Source of the DNA: Paraphysomonas bandaiensis
Lineage: Eukaryota > Protista > Chrysophyceae
DNA length: 64,000 nucleotides
Assembly: GCA_965644295.1 (NCBI GenBank)
Contig: CBFFRP010000296.1
Span: 186,001 to 250,000 of the forward strand
Reading direction: 5' to 3'
A program made the position numbers and the translations under genes. Below are positions 1 through 12,987 of this stretch, piece by piece. Numbering within the stretch: position 1 is the stretch's first letter; every line of letters begins with the position of its first letter. The notes beneath the pieces were generated by a model. The model did no database searches, was not told the origin of the DNA, and saw nothing but the letters and a program-made list of their open reading frames with translations.

Positions 1-2212
1 TTGATAGGACTAGTTATCCAGGGTATGTCGGCCCGACTTGGCATAGTAACTGGCAAGCATTTGGCCCAGCTCTGCAGGTACAACTTCCAGGACTTGCATA
101 TACTCTGTGAATAGCATATATCATGTGTGGTATACAATATATTTTCCACTCCAATTGTACTGTCTGTGCTGAGTTGTACTTTCTGTCAATATTGTGTGGT
201 ATATTGACAACATGGTGAGCAGACAGGAATACTCTGCCACCAAATGGGTGAGCTTGTGGGTTATGTCCGAAATATCAATCATTGCGAGCGACGTCCAGGC
301 AGTTATCACATCTGCAGTGGCTCTCAAGATTCTGTTCGGTCTACCCCTCTGGATGGGATGCATCTTAACCGCATTCGACGCCCTTACATTTTTGTCACTT
401 CATCTTCTGGGTATTAGAAGCTTGGAAGGGTTTTTTGTTGCCATAGTTGCGGTTATGTCGATATGCTTTTTTTACACATTTTCTTTGAACCCTCCTAGCC
501 CTGTGGAGGTATTGCAGGGTGTTGTACCTACAATACCATCTTATGGACTCAGCACCGCAGTAGGTGTGGTAGGATCACTTATTCTACCACAGAACTACTA
601 TGTGCACAGGTACTAGAATAAATGACGTAGTTGACCGTATTTAAGCGTGTTTCTGCGTGTGTCCTTAGTGCGGTTGTACTGAGTCGAAAGATTGACAGAA
701 GGAATGCAGTTGAGGTATGAATATACTATATGAGCTTTTTGTGGTGGTCAGGACTGTATTAGGTCAGGGAGGCGAATAAGTATATGCTAGCGGATGCGGG
801 AGTGGCCCTATTTGTTGCCTTCCTTCTCAATTTTGCCGTCATTAGTAACTTCGCTGAGCTTTTTTTTCATATAGGTAGAGGAATATTGTTATTGCTGATG
901 TCCATGTATTATACGATGCAATGTCATTATCTACAGATATTTTTGACTGCCATGATATATACATGTAGATTGCGCAACAGCGTCCACGACATCGGCTTGT
1001 ATAGCTGATTCAGATGGCTTCCACCACCACCACTACGGTACCTGTACCACTCAAGATAATGTAAGTTGTTCAATGGGTAGCAAGGAAGAGATAGGTTATA
1101 TGCAGCATTGTTGTACGGCTGTAGTACTTATGTGTGTTTCGTCACTCTACGATGTTTTCTCACGTACGCTTAGGAACAAGGATTTTGTCAACATATCGGC
1201 CTCAGTGATGCAGACGCTGCCCTTGAGCACGTATTGGGACATACAGCTGGGTACGTATGGGCACTTGGGCTATTGGCCTCTGGACAGAGCTCTACAATGA
1301 CTATAACATATGCGGGACAGTTTATAAATGAAGGATTCGGAGAGGTACTATCCTATTTGTGTTTATAATACTCGACTGTAGTTTTACCAAGCTCGTGCTA
1401 CATGTACTGATGTGTACCCCGTATATTCCATCGTTTTATGTTTTATTCTCGTGCAGTTCCATATTCCTCTTTATCAAAGGATATCTCTGTGTCGTTTGGT
1501 TGCGTTGATACCCTCTGTTATTGCTGCTGTTCTTGAGGCCACTTATCCCTCGTCTATGGATGATGCAACGCAAGTGGGAAACATCATTGCCTCTATTTGT
1601 GTCCCGTTCGCTATTCTTCCTATGCTTAAGTTCTGTACATCTACGCGTTTGATGGGGGTGAGTGCTGAACTTGTATTGTGCTTCGATGTTTGTAAATTGA
1701 AAATACTTAAATTTATCGAGCTACAACTGCTGTTCACCAAGCACATGCAGAAACATTGCGCCACATATGAATAACCAACTCTTCTCACGTAGGAACACAC
1801 AATGAGTGTCTGGAGTGTGTATCTGGTGTCTGCGGTGACAATATTTCTGATCATATTAAATTGCGGACTCTTCTTTGAGTACATCATCGCTCTCAAGTAA
1901 ATACGCAACTATCGTTTCATTGGCATATTTAACGATGTCTCCCGCAGGTTTCTACCAGTATTTTTAACTACATTCTTATCATGTCTAGCTTCGGTGGGAT
2001 ATCTTTACTTGAACTATCAGATGGTCGACGAAGAGATGAATATTCTTGCTTTACGATGCATAGATTACTTAGAAAGATGTTACTGTTGCTGCTTTTGTAC
2101 GAGTGGCAGTGACAGGCCGACGAGAAATGGGCAGAAGAAATCAAACGTGGAAATGTCCGATAGTCAATGTTTGGATACAAGCAGTACTGCACTCTTTAAC
2201 GGCCATCAGTAA
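1..2212 (+). CDS. NRAMP/SLC11 family divalent metal transporter (multi-exon, 5' end outside window)
   Basis: Spliced exons give [73 protein letters not shown] (NRAMP consensus transport motif), [14 protein letters not shown]; GT-AG introns. The 3' exon structure is approximate. Confidence 0.9.
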
Positions 2213-2301
2213 TGTGCTTTCCTGAAAGCGGAACACATTTCACTCAATAGTTCTCATTAGGATGCAGTTTTTTCTTTCTTGTTTGGTGTAATACACTCTG
2301 A

Positions 2302-3021
2302 AGCAATGCTACTACGTGTGGTGTATTTTTTAGATGCGACATTAATACTACTCGCTTGAGACTGAGTAAGCGGGCTTTTATGATGATAAAATCTATAGTA
2401 ATAATGTGAAACGTATATTGACACATACATACATACACATCATACACATGCATGCGTTTGCTGCACATACACATGCATGCGTTTGCTGCAAATTAACGAC
2501 AAATCTTGAGCATATATAAATTTCACCTAAACTCATAGTTCATTACAGATTATAGTACCATCTACTAGTTCTCATTATTGCTAGCGCTTGTAACAGAAGA
2601 GCAATAACTGTACATACAATGAATAAACTGATTATTACCCAACAGCCCAATAGTACTCCAGCTCCGTACTCTACTACTCTAGTACCACTACTTATTACGT
2701 GATACTAGCCGGGGTCTCTGTAGCTGAAAGCCATTTCTGATACATTTCTCTTTTTACCACGACTGAGAGCATTGCGCAGTAAGTCGAGCTTATCCACTAC
2801 CTCACCTGCAACCTGCATGGTCTTCGTTTTCCATTTCGAACACGGTTTCATGCTGTAAATCAGCGCATAAATCAACGACGTACTCGGACTGAGCTTTCAC
2901 TGCGCATTCCAAATGCTTTACTCCACGTTTCCCTCCAATGTTAACAGGCCTAGTGCTTGCGTCATCGTCAATAACCTCGAGACACACAGCACAAATTAGT
3001 AATTGATGCACTTCCATCCAC
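2302..3021. repeat. ~700-bp dispersed repeat, copy 1 (copy 2 at 8468-9150, same orientation)
   Basis: Near-identical text from agcaatgctactacgtgtgg to gcacttccatccac at both sites, with scattered substitutions and a small indel. Confidence 0.9.
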
Positions 3022-3426
3022 ACTCTCCGCATTCCTACCGGTCATGGGAACCCACTTGTCATGCTCATTCTGTCGAGTAATTAAATTACCCTACAAAAAG
3101 CTTATTTTAGCTACATATTATATACATAATGAGGCATAAACCTTTACAATAGCTCTCCCGCATAGACAGCTAGTATTGAAGCTTGCTATACGAACCATGT
3201 ATCTGCATTCTTTATTTCTAGAGGAGCACATCACAAAGACTTCTGGGTCATATAAATCTTTCTCTTTCTTCCATACTTGTAAACGCCCTTCACATCGGTT
3301 GTAGTTTGGACAGGTTTCGTGTAGTTGCTGTACCATTTCACATTGTCGTCTCTTGAAAGGGCTGCGGTAGCTACTTGAACACGAAGATGACGACGACTGA
3401 GAGTCAGTCCTACTGTTTGAACTCAA
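2705..3426 (-). pseudogene. Degenerate Cys/His-rich zinc-finger-like ORF fragments
   Basis: CPNYNRC...VMCS...C, then SCLCGRAIVK-intron-GNLI...KW, then CAVCLEVI...KHLEC in another frame; frameshifted; the 3' part lies in the duplicated repeat. Confidence 0.4.
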
Positions 3427-4123
3427 AGTGTGGACAGTATCTGATGAAAATCTGACCTATGGTTTTTATTTCGTCAGCATTTTGCCTCGACATATATCGT
3501 AACTACCAAAAAAAAGTGATCAGGAGTATTTCGTATATAGGTCTCCTAGAACCTATATATTGTTTCCTAGAACTTAAAACTGATTATTTCCAATCGCTCC
3601 ATTTTTAAAGTTCATTGTGAAACTTTGTAAAATATTATCTGACACAGACCATTGAATGGTGTATCTGTAAGTAACTGAACTTAAAACTTACTCAATTAAT
3701 GAAAATTGTAATCAGCACCTCTTTAACTCACTAAAATTATATCGTCACAAATAAACAGACCACAATTCTAACTGAAAAATAAAATGTTAGATGAAGCATA
3801 AAATGTGAATATTACGTGAAAGAAAAGAATAAACAATAAAATTCAGTATTCTGTGGATATTATTTTAGCTGCTTTTTATTTGAGCATTCAGGTTAAATCA
3901 GCAAACGCACATTTATCACTATCCGAAGCGGGTTTTCTCTTCAATAAGAGACGATAACGTATCATTCATATAAGCATTATTTTCAATGCACAAATAGGTA
4001 CATATACATAGGTGTGAGGTACTATAGAAAGTATACTCTCGAAACTACACTCGGCGTAGCTGTCTATTGAAATATTCCCAGTAAAAGTGGTAACTAGTCA
4101 CACATGGCATCAAATATCGCGAG

Positions 4124-5381
4124 CTAAAATTCTCCTGCAGAGCAGTCGCTTCGCGATCCAATATAGCTGAAATAGGACGACTGTTGACTTGACTGCACAT
4201 CAGAACTCGGATTAACATGTAACTGTGACGTATCGGACATTGAGTCATTAGTGGACGAGTTCCGAAAAAAAGAAAAGTACGTAGCAATGGACAATGCAAC
4301 AGACAAGAAGTATGTTTTCCACTTGTTGAGCACATTAGGCGTAGCACTGTAGGCTAAGGCATCCAGGAACCCTTGCGTTCTAATGATGGTCGCGCCTATC
4401 AAAGAATATATCTTGTAGTTGGGCAGACCAACAGTCACTTCTGCAAGTCTGAACGCATAGATATCATTCGATGGCATAATGTAATACAGACATAGTGGTA
4501 TATAATAAGCACTCCTGGCATACAATATACTGTTGCACGGTTGAACTAAGTGGTATATCAAAGATTTAAAAAGGACTCATATACCTGTGGTACAACTGGA
4601 AGGCATAAACGATGACCAAAATAATTGGATACCATTTTATTCTATCAACCAATTTTATTATTCGATGTGCCTCGGTTGCGTTGCTTTTCTGTAACGCAAT
4701 ATAATTTATATACAAACTTGTATATATATGCAGTGAACTTGTACCTGCCATGATCGGACTCGACGAAGCACCGAGATATACGTGCACCCATTGAACGTAA
4801 TAGACAATAATAGTGGTACGTAGAACGTCACCATGACCCAGATAAAACCTAACTCATTTCTGTGTTCATTCGAAGTGTCGAACTTTATCCAACAAAATAT
4901 GTCGTCATCATTCTTACCAAAGCTGTTTGTTGTGGCCGGAAGCCAAACCATTAGCAATGGGCATCCAAACACAAAAACGTAGTGCCATCGATGCACCCGA
5001 ACAAAATATTCTTGCGTCAAAGAATTACGACTGAGAAATATCTTCCTCATGCACTCCGCTACTATGACAGTCGTGAAGGTGGACACCAGATTGAAGTATG
5101 TGGATATCGGCCCATAGAGCTTACAGGCGAAGTCATTCATATAACATATCTGTACAAATGTAGATATCGAGTATCCTGTTAGCACCAGTAATATCGTCAG
5201 AGAGGAGGGGTGTTACGTGTATCGCATGCTCACCATAAGAGCCGATAGCCAGCCACAGTGCGAATACTTGAGAGGGATTCCGTAACTCAGGAAACAATAT
5301 GTATGTGAGTAGAGTGAAGGTGTTCCCAATACAGGAAAACACTGTTGCGATAATGATACTAATGGGCACCTCCATCTTCAT
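4124..5381 (-). CDS. cAMP-receptor-like (CAR/GCR1/Git3-type) 7TM GPCR
   Basis: Four exons; seven hydrophobic segments; FCWI, FYVPL, YPII, QGFLDALAY motifs; Ser-rich C-tail. Confidence 0.8.
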
Positions 5382-5706
5382 GCATTTCTCTGAGGTCGAG
5401 AGACGCTGCTGGCTATTGTCAGATCCTGCCTCTTAGCTCCTGTACCTGTACACTGCATGCTGTACCTATATATAGTACTGTACATGCTGCACTGCTGAAT
5501 ATTAGATTATCTACTGTATATATTCCAATTTTTAGGATAAAACCCCCTATTTTATGGATAAGACATGGCAATATACTGTGCTGTTCCTACTGCTGGGTGC
5601 AGTTTGAATTGCACGCCATGAGCGACATGTAGCCTAATAGTTATATACTTGCCACCACATGAGCACATACAGTGGGCTTTCAATTACCTATTAAACCTGT
5701 AGTATA

Positions 5707-6155
5707 ATGTCGTCGAGTAGCAGTGGTAACGATGATCTAGAGGAGAATGAGTCCTCTAGAGTGCTGGGTATTGGGGCCGGAACATTCACAGTGGCCTTTA
5801 TGTTCTTCATAACTGTATTGGTGTGGATACTCACTGCACCTCAAGCAGGATTACTGAAGAACATGATGCGAATCACAACGATAGTCTTATTCCTCTCTGT
5901 GTTTGCGATATTGCTATTTGCGGATCGCGACAGTCAATACAAAAACCAAGAGGAAGAAGTCAAGGTAGTGACCAGAATATTTCTCATTACTTTACTAATT
6001 CACGAGTTCGAATACAGGACTACGATGATAGTTTAGGTCCGCGAATTGCGATTTCGGTGTTGATGATATTCAGTACTCTCCTGTCTGGAATGATGGTGTT
6101 TTTCAATCACTGGACAATCCCGTTCAATGTACGTTCACTTCAATGTAAATTGTGA
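5707..6155 (+). CDS. TMEM218: TMEM218-like ciliary transition-zone membrane protein
   Basis: VLGIGAGTF start of TM1, three TMs, EEVK-intron-DYDD linker, and H before a C-terminal P, matching TMEM218 as recalled. A further intron could move the stop to 6234. Confidence 0.7.
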
Positions 6156-6769
6156 TGCTACTCATTAATTCGTTTCACTATGGTCCTAGGCATCAAGTCA
6201 AGATCTTGACAACTCTGCTTTATGGCAAGAATAGTTAGTGCAGAATGTGTGCAGTTATTGCAGTTCCTGGCCTTATATATATAGATTTGATGTACGTTGC
6301 CAGTTTTTGTCTCAGAGTATTTGTATCTATAGTAGCTGGAAAAACTTACAATTAAGTATGTCAAGTGTTTTTGTTATATTTGAAACTATATATTTTGGTG
6401 AGCTAGGGGCCTCGGAAAGAGGTTTACCGTGTCTAGTTTCGGTTGGCGACCTCGGTTGGAAACAAGCTACGCGTAACATTTTATATATTTTTAATATTAA
6501 TCAGCATTGTCCTGTAATCATTAATATTGACGTTGTGCGTGCTATGTATGCTTAATGAGAGCATTGTTCACTGAATATTATGTCGGGTAGCTACTTGAGA
6601 CTAACAAAATCCAAATATTACAACTTCAGCAGAAGTATTTTAGAGTTCGATAAGTACAGTAGTATTTTATATACTAAGGACGAAGGTGCAGTTGTTTTAC
6701 AGTTGAACCATTGAATTACGATTCAGTATAACTCTACAATCAGACACGGCAACAGAATATCACAGTGCT

Positions 6770-7490
6770 CTATTCGTACTTATAAGTGGTAAAAAGTGGT
6801 CCTTCAGTGTAGGGTTCATATCTGGATGCCACCTTCGGATGTGTACCAACTTTTTTTCGGTAATTGGTTATGGCGGGAAATTGCTCAAGATATTCCTTTG
6901 CAGGAGGAAAGCCATCCAAAAATCCAGAAAATGGAACCGCAATGTTCACGAAGAGTGCAATGTCACCCACAGTAAGTTCTTTTCCACAGACAAAGTCATC
7001 TTCAAACTGGGAGATATACGTCTCTATCTTAGACAGAAGGACGTGTAGAACTCCGTCAGTCGCACATAATGCTTGACGGGCAGCAATTTTAGCTTCAAGC
7101 TCTTGAATGCCGAACGTAAATTGAAAGCATGCAAATATACAGTCTGTCCAATCTATGCATTCATTCATTTTCAATTCGAGAATCGGATCGGATGGTATCA
7201 TTCCTCCCATCCTACCAGCATAGCGCAAAATGGCTTTCGATTCGGAGAAGTACTTCCCATCAACTTCAAGAAGAGGTAAATTCATCAGAGGAGCGGTAGA
7301 AATCAAATCTTTCTTCATTTCAGTATACGAAGGTCCCTGAACAATGTTATTTTCCCAGTTAAGACCTGCGAAATAACTGTAAGTAGACATAGAGGGCACC
7401 TGAGAGTTAACCTGCACAGTGCAGAGCCAGTCGGCACTGCTCTCCCCTGCCAGGAATTCCCCAATAAGTAAGTTTATGCAACGCAGACAT
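6770..7490 (-). CDS. Glutathione S-transferase (sigma-like)
   Basis: Exon 1 MSALHKLTYWGIPGRGEQCRLAL, one intron, then LPLLEVDG...SESKAILRY and GKELTVGDI GST motifs. Confidence 0.9.
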
Positions 7491-8467
7491 TTTAACTAGC
7501 GGTTTAGATGAGATGTAGGACTTATCTTTGTATAGTAATATCGATGCAGGTGTCAGAGTATATCACCCGCCTTGCAAAGAAATCAACCTGCAATATGCAT
7601 CATATGATACACACGTCATCTTGGATACGCATGCCATCAAACCTAAAAATCTGGGATTTATAAATTCAGTGGAATTCCAAAAGTACAACAGAAAATTTCA
7701 CGTGCGATGTTGTAGTACTGCATATACTGCTGTAGTCACCTGTGCTGTCCGTGCTCCATGGGCATGTGCGTGATCAGATATGGACCATTTCCACTTTAAC
7801 CGTGAGCTATAGTGGCCCCAAGTGCAAGCTCGCTGGATACCCGCAAATTACGCTGATTCTACGCAGTTACCCTCCCTGCTGTTCACCATCTTGATGGACC
7901 TGACAATATCGGTCGCACTCATGTTTAAGATTGTCCTTCCCGTCCCCCGACAAATATTACGCTGGGCTTATCGCGACCCTGCATAACTCAGTATAGGCCT
8001 TTCATGGCACTAGCTGAGTGACCCCCTACCCGCAAACAAATAATGCGCAGGGATATTGTAAAGGTCTATTAATTGCTTTGCTTAATCAACAATAGCCCTA
8101 CACTACGGTTATATTCTTCCACAACCGTATAACGCTGCGCACACCTTCTAGAACCACAGCACATAAGGTCGAATGCGAACGTGGCTATTAAAATTTCTGC
8201 ATGTCTCATGCTCCAGTGGAGTTACTTGTAGATCATTAGTCATTATTTTGTACACAACGTGATAAAAGGAGACGTCAAGAGTGCCGTGAAGCAATCTTAC
8301 TTTGATTGCGTACTAGTAACGTTAATATATGTCAATGACTAGCTGATATTCGGGAAATGTACTCTTCATGATGCTGTGATCTTGAAAAAAGTACATTGTA
8401 TGCTACAATTCAGAGTCGACTAATAGTACATCGTACACATGCATCTGCAAATTAACGACAAATCTTG

Positions 8468-9150
8468 AGCAATGCTACTACGTGTGGTGTATTTTTTAGA
8501 TGCGACATTAATACTACTCGCTTGAGACTGAATAAGCGGGCTTTTATGATGATAAAATCTATAGTAATAATGTGAAACGTATATTGACACATACACATGC
8601 ATACACATGCTTGCGTTTGCTGCAAATTAACGACATATCTTGAGCATATATAAATTTCACCTAAACTCATAGTTCATTACAGATTATAGTACCATCTAGT
8701 TCTCATTATTGCTAGCGCTTGTAACAGAAGAGCAATAACTGTACATACAATGAATAAACTGATTATTACCCAACAGCCCAATAGTACTCCAGCTCCATAC
8801 TCTACTACTCTAGTACCACTACTTATTACGTGATACTAGCCGGGGTCTCTGTAGCTGAAAGCTATTTCTGATACATTTCTCTTTTTACCACGACTGAGAG
8901 CATTGCGCAGTAAGTCGAGCTTATCCACTACCTCACCTGCAACCTGCATGGTCTTCGTTTTCCATTTCGAACACGGTTTCATGCTGTAAATCAGCGCATA
9001 AAGCAACTTTACTTGGACTGAACTTTCACTGCGCATTCCAAATGCTTTACTCCACGTTTCCCTCCAATGTTAACAGGTATAGTGCTTACGTCATCGTCAA
9101 TAACCTCGAGACACACAGCACAAATTAGTAATTGATGCACTTCCATCCAC
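8468..9150. repeat. ~700-bp dispersed repeat, copy 2
   Basis: Matches 2302-3021. Confidence 0.9.
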
Positions 9151-10408
9151 TATACAATCACAATTTCGCTGCAATCAAGTCAGAGTTATCATCACTACAA
9201 AGATTCTTGTCCCCTCAGTGTGTTGGAGGGACTCTTTTTTATTGGCAAGCTCTATTTCTGATTGGCTTCTGCGGTATGCGTTTTGGACAAGACGATGAAA
9301 AAACGACGCTTTTGTTCTCGTTAGCACGAAGGGCATCCCAGTAGAGCTCATAGAACTCCCATACATACACTCGTATCCAGAATATACTCCAGAGCGCAAG
9401 TAAAAATCCCTTGCCTGACGATCCTGCAGAGTATTCGATCATGGAAGTCCGCAGTCCTGATCCCTTATATCAGACATTGATTGCATGCTCTTACTTGTCC
9501 AGATACACTGTATGAAATTATTCAAATCGTTACTTATATTCGCCGCAACAGAATGGTTATTTTAAACGAGCAGCAGCATTCATTCGACACTTAGTAACAC
9601 TATCAATATAATATACAGTATTTTGTTTAGTAACATTCGACACTTAGTAACACTTACTTCTATTCACACTTAGTAACACTATCCATATATATAGTATTTT
9701 CATCATTTTTTCAAACTATCAATATTTAATGTGAGTGGAGACTTTCTGTGTCCTTCACACATAGAGGAGATTGTGTATAATCTTTTCGTTTAAGCAACCT
9801 TTATCTATCCGTGGTTGAACGCTTCCTTGATTTTAGACTAAGATTCGGTAACAATATAGGGGGTGAAAGTCTTATTATTAGCAGTTGGCGTCAAGAATCG
9901 ACACCAGGTAAGTAGTTAGATGAAATCTAGTCAAGGTACCTGTAACTAACTATACTATAATTACTATAATTACTCTCATATCCTACTATAATTAAACACT
10001 ACAGAAGCTGCTTGTGTGCCGACGAAAGCACCAAGGTGCAACCACTTCTGTTCTTGTGTATGAGAGAGAAGCTCTCTGCGGACGTCTGTCCTTGAGGTAC
10101 TGAAGGTTCAGTCAGGAGGACGCCCCTTAGGATAGGGCTCCTCGGGACTTTAAGGAGAAGGATTCTATATCAGTGAGTCAAGTGTTATTGAACTGAGATA
10201 CATGGACGAGGGGGTATGTTGGCGTGGCGTCTCCGCTCAATATACAGCAGTAGCGTTGTGCTCAACCATATTGCAAAATCAAGCGTTACATTAAAGTACT
10301 GTAATAAAATGGTCGAAAATGTAAATAACAAATGTATTGGCCACAACAGGAGGAAAGGCAGTGTAACCAGTATTTGTATATAGTTTAACACGGAGTGCGT
10401 TAGTTGTA

Positions 10409-10510
10409 TTTAACCACGTTTATTAAGGAGGCATATCATCCTACGCTGAATATTTTGAAACGAGGGCGAAAAGTCCAAGTATTATAATTTAGATAAGGGA
10501 CGATACTCCC
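10409..10510. repeat. Degenerate palindromic element (family of 38654-38771)
   Basis: ttaaccacg...aaggaggc...ttttgaaacgagggcgaaaagtcc...aagggacgatactcc shared with 38654-38771. Confidence 0.7.
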
Positions 10511-10925
10511 GAAGATCGAAGTTACTTTTTTCCAATGAAAAGTATTGTAAATGTACGTAAAAATCGACCTAAACAGATGTACAGATATAGTGATATATTA
10601 TCTCGTAGACATACCTTTCGTAATTCAGGTGAAAAAGCAGCAATCTAATTATGTTTATAAGTCGTTAATTCGATGAGTGTTATTAGGTAAAGTACATCGC
10701 AGAAAAATTGTCTGAATTGTAAAAGACTAGTCCGTTATATAATTTACTTATCATCACATGGACACAGTGTTAACATACACCATTTATCACACGAACAAAA
10801 CATGACAAAATAATAGCTGAGTGCTTTGAACTTGGCTAACTCAATTTTAGCACAAATCAGAACGAGAACATCAAATTCAAGTATGATATCAGTATGCCCT
10901 TTTTGGCACAATAGATTGAATAACT

Positions 10926-11663
10926 TTAACTGTCATCTTGGCTGTGACTGTGACTCATCCCAAACGCTATACTCGCAGTAATCATGGTCTTAGCCCGATG
11001 CCATCTACTCATTACTAGTTGACGGCCGGTTCTTAGCTTTCTGACGCTATCAATAGGAATATTTCGTTCAACGTCGTCCTCTTCGTCGCCATCAAAAAGT
11101 ATGTCAAGCGTCCCATTTCCATTGATACCGAGAACACGACCATTAAAGTACAACACACTACCATTAGGACATGCGCTAACTAAATCACCGACTTCATAAT
11201 CGAGCCCGTGCATAACTAACGAGCAGTTTTCAATGGGAATTTCTTCGATGTCATCGCCAAAATCTACATCAAGTGTGGTCGACTTCACACCAACAACGAC
11301 ACCTTCAAACATCATAAACCCCAACTTTGCTTTAACAATATCACCAATCTGAAACACACAAGGTGATTCTGCTGCAAGTACATCTGCTACAGATCGTCCT
11401 GTACGAGTAGCTGCCTCTTTCACCATAATCTCCTCAAACCTATTCTTGAACAACGAAAATCCAGATGCCCCATTCTGCCATGGTTAAATCAACTAATTCT
11501 TAATGAACATATATACATTATACCAATTCCCCAGACTTATACTTCGGCAGGTACTCTTCTTCGTAAACTTTCGATAAGTGCTACAACACATATTAGAGAC
11601 AATAAGAAAAAATACATACTGCTACCTTAAAAACTTCAAGTTGAACGCTCTCAGGCTGTTCAT
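10926..11663 (-). CDS. Small tandem Tudor/Agenet-like domain protein
   Basis: Three exons (MNSLRAFNLKFL / HLSKVYEEEY / NGASGFSLFK...); two beta-barrel repeats FQIGDIVKAK...LDVDFGD and YEVGDLVSA...GTLDILFDGD. Confidence 0.7.
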
Positions 11664-11893
11664 GAAATGATGCAGCAGCACCCATAATAGATCAGGAGCT
11701 TCAAAATTCCCCTACCTCAGAGTTCTTATAAGTACAATGGGCACCTTCCTCACAGCCAACACAACGAAGCGAGTGATAACTTCATCAATAAAAAGCAACA
11801 ACAACAAAATTCGTAACGTTTTACTTCAACAGTACAATTTACGGATAGGAAACCGTTACCGTAGCCCGTTCATATATCACACATTGTATATAT

Positions 11894-12132
11894 GTGTATG
11901 TATGTATGTATGTATGTATGTATGTATGTATGTATGTATGTATGTATGTATGTATGTATGTATGTATGTATGTATGTATGTATGTATGTATGTATGTATG
12001 TATGTATGTATGTATGTATGTATGTATGTATGTATGTATGTATGTATGTATGTATGTATGTATGTATGTATGTATGTATGTATGTATGTATGTATGTATG
12101 TATGTATGTATGTATGTATGTATGTATGTATG

Positions 12133-12166
<34 letters not shown>

Positions 12167-12840
12167 TGTATGTATGTATGTATGTATGTATGTATGTATG
12201 TATGTATGTATGTATGTATGTATGTATGTATGTATGTATGTATGTATGTATGTATGTATGTATGTATGTATGTATGTATGTATGTATGTATGTATGTATG
12301 TATGTATGTATGTATGTATGTATGTATGTATGTATGTATGTATGTATGTATGTATGTATGTATGTATGTATGTATGTATGTATGTATGTATGTATGTATG
12401 TATGTATGTATGTATGTATGTATGTATGTATGTATGTATGTATGTATGTATGTATGTATGTATGTATGTATGTATGTATGTATGTATGTATGTATGTATG
12501 TATGTATGTATGTATGTATGTATGTATGTATGTATGTATGTATGTATGTATGTATGTATGTATGTATGTATGTATGTATGTATGTATGTATGTATGTATG
12601 TATGTATGTATGTATGTATGTATGTATGTATGTATGTATGTATGTATGTATGTATGTATGTATGTATGTATGTATGTATGTATGTATGTATGTATGTATG
12701 TATGTATGTATGTGTGTATGTATGTATGTATGTATGTATGTATGTATGTATGTATGTATGTATGTATGTATGTATGTATGTATGTATGTATGTATGTATG
12801 TATGTATGTATGTATGTATGTATGTATGTATGTATGTATG
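11894..12840. repeat. (TATG)n microsatellite, ~950 bp
   Basis: Almost perfect tetranucleotide array with two single-base interruptions. Confidence 0.99.
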
Positions 12841-12987
12841 AGATGTATGATTATCTTTAACTGTCGTTGACTGGGTTACTGGGGATGATCATACGAAAGT
12901 AATCGTTGAATAGTGTCTTGGAAGACACTTCTTGGAGTGCTAATGTGATGTAGTTCTAGTATTAAATATATATAACAGTATATACAC

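Noticed and set aside
9581-9725. Three spaced copies of cacttagtaacact resembling a mini-CRISPR
   Set aside because: Repeats are short, spacing is irregular, spacers resemble each other, there are no cas genes and the context is eukaryotic; this is local slippage.
9880-10175. GC-richer stretch with small hairpins and a TGGCGTCA PBS-like word
   Set aside because: No LTR pair, TSD, ORF or complete ribozyme core; cannot be classified.
11737-12870. Long MYVC-repeat ORFs (also the MYVC/HTYI ORFs at 62722-63391)
   Set aside because: Artefacts of translating a stop-free tetranucleotide microsatellite.
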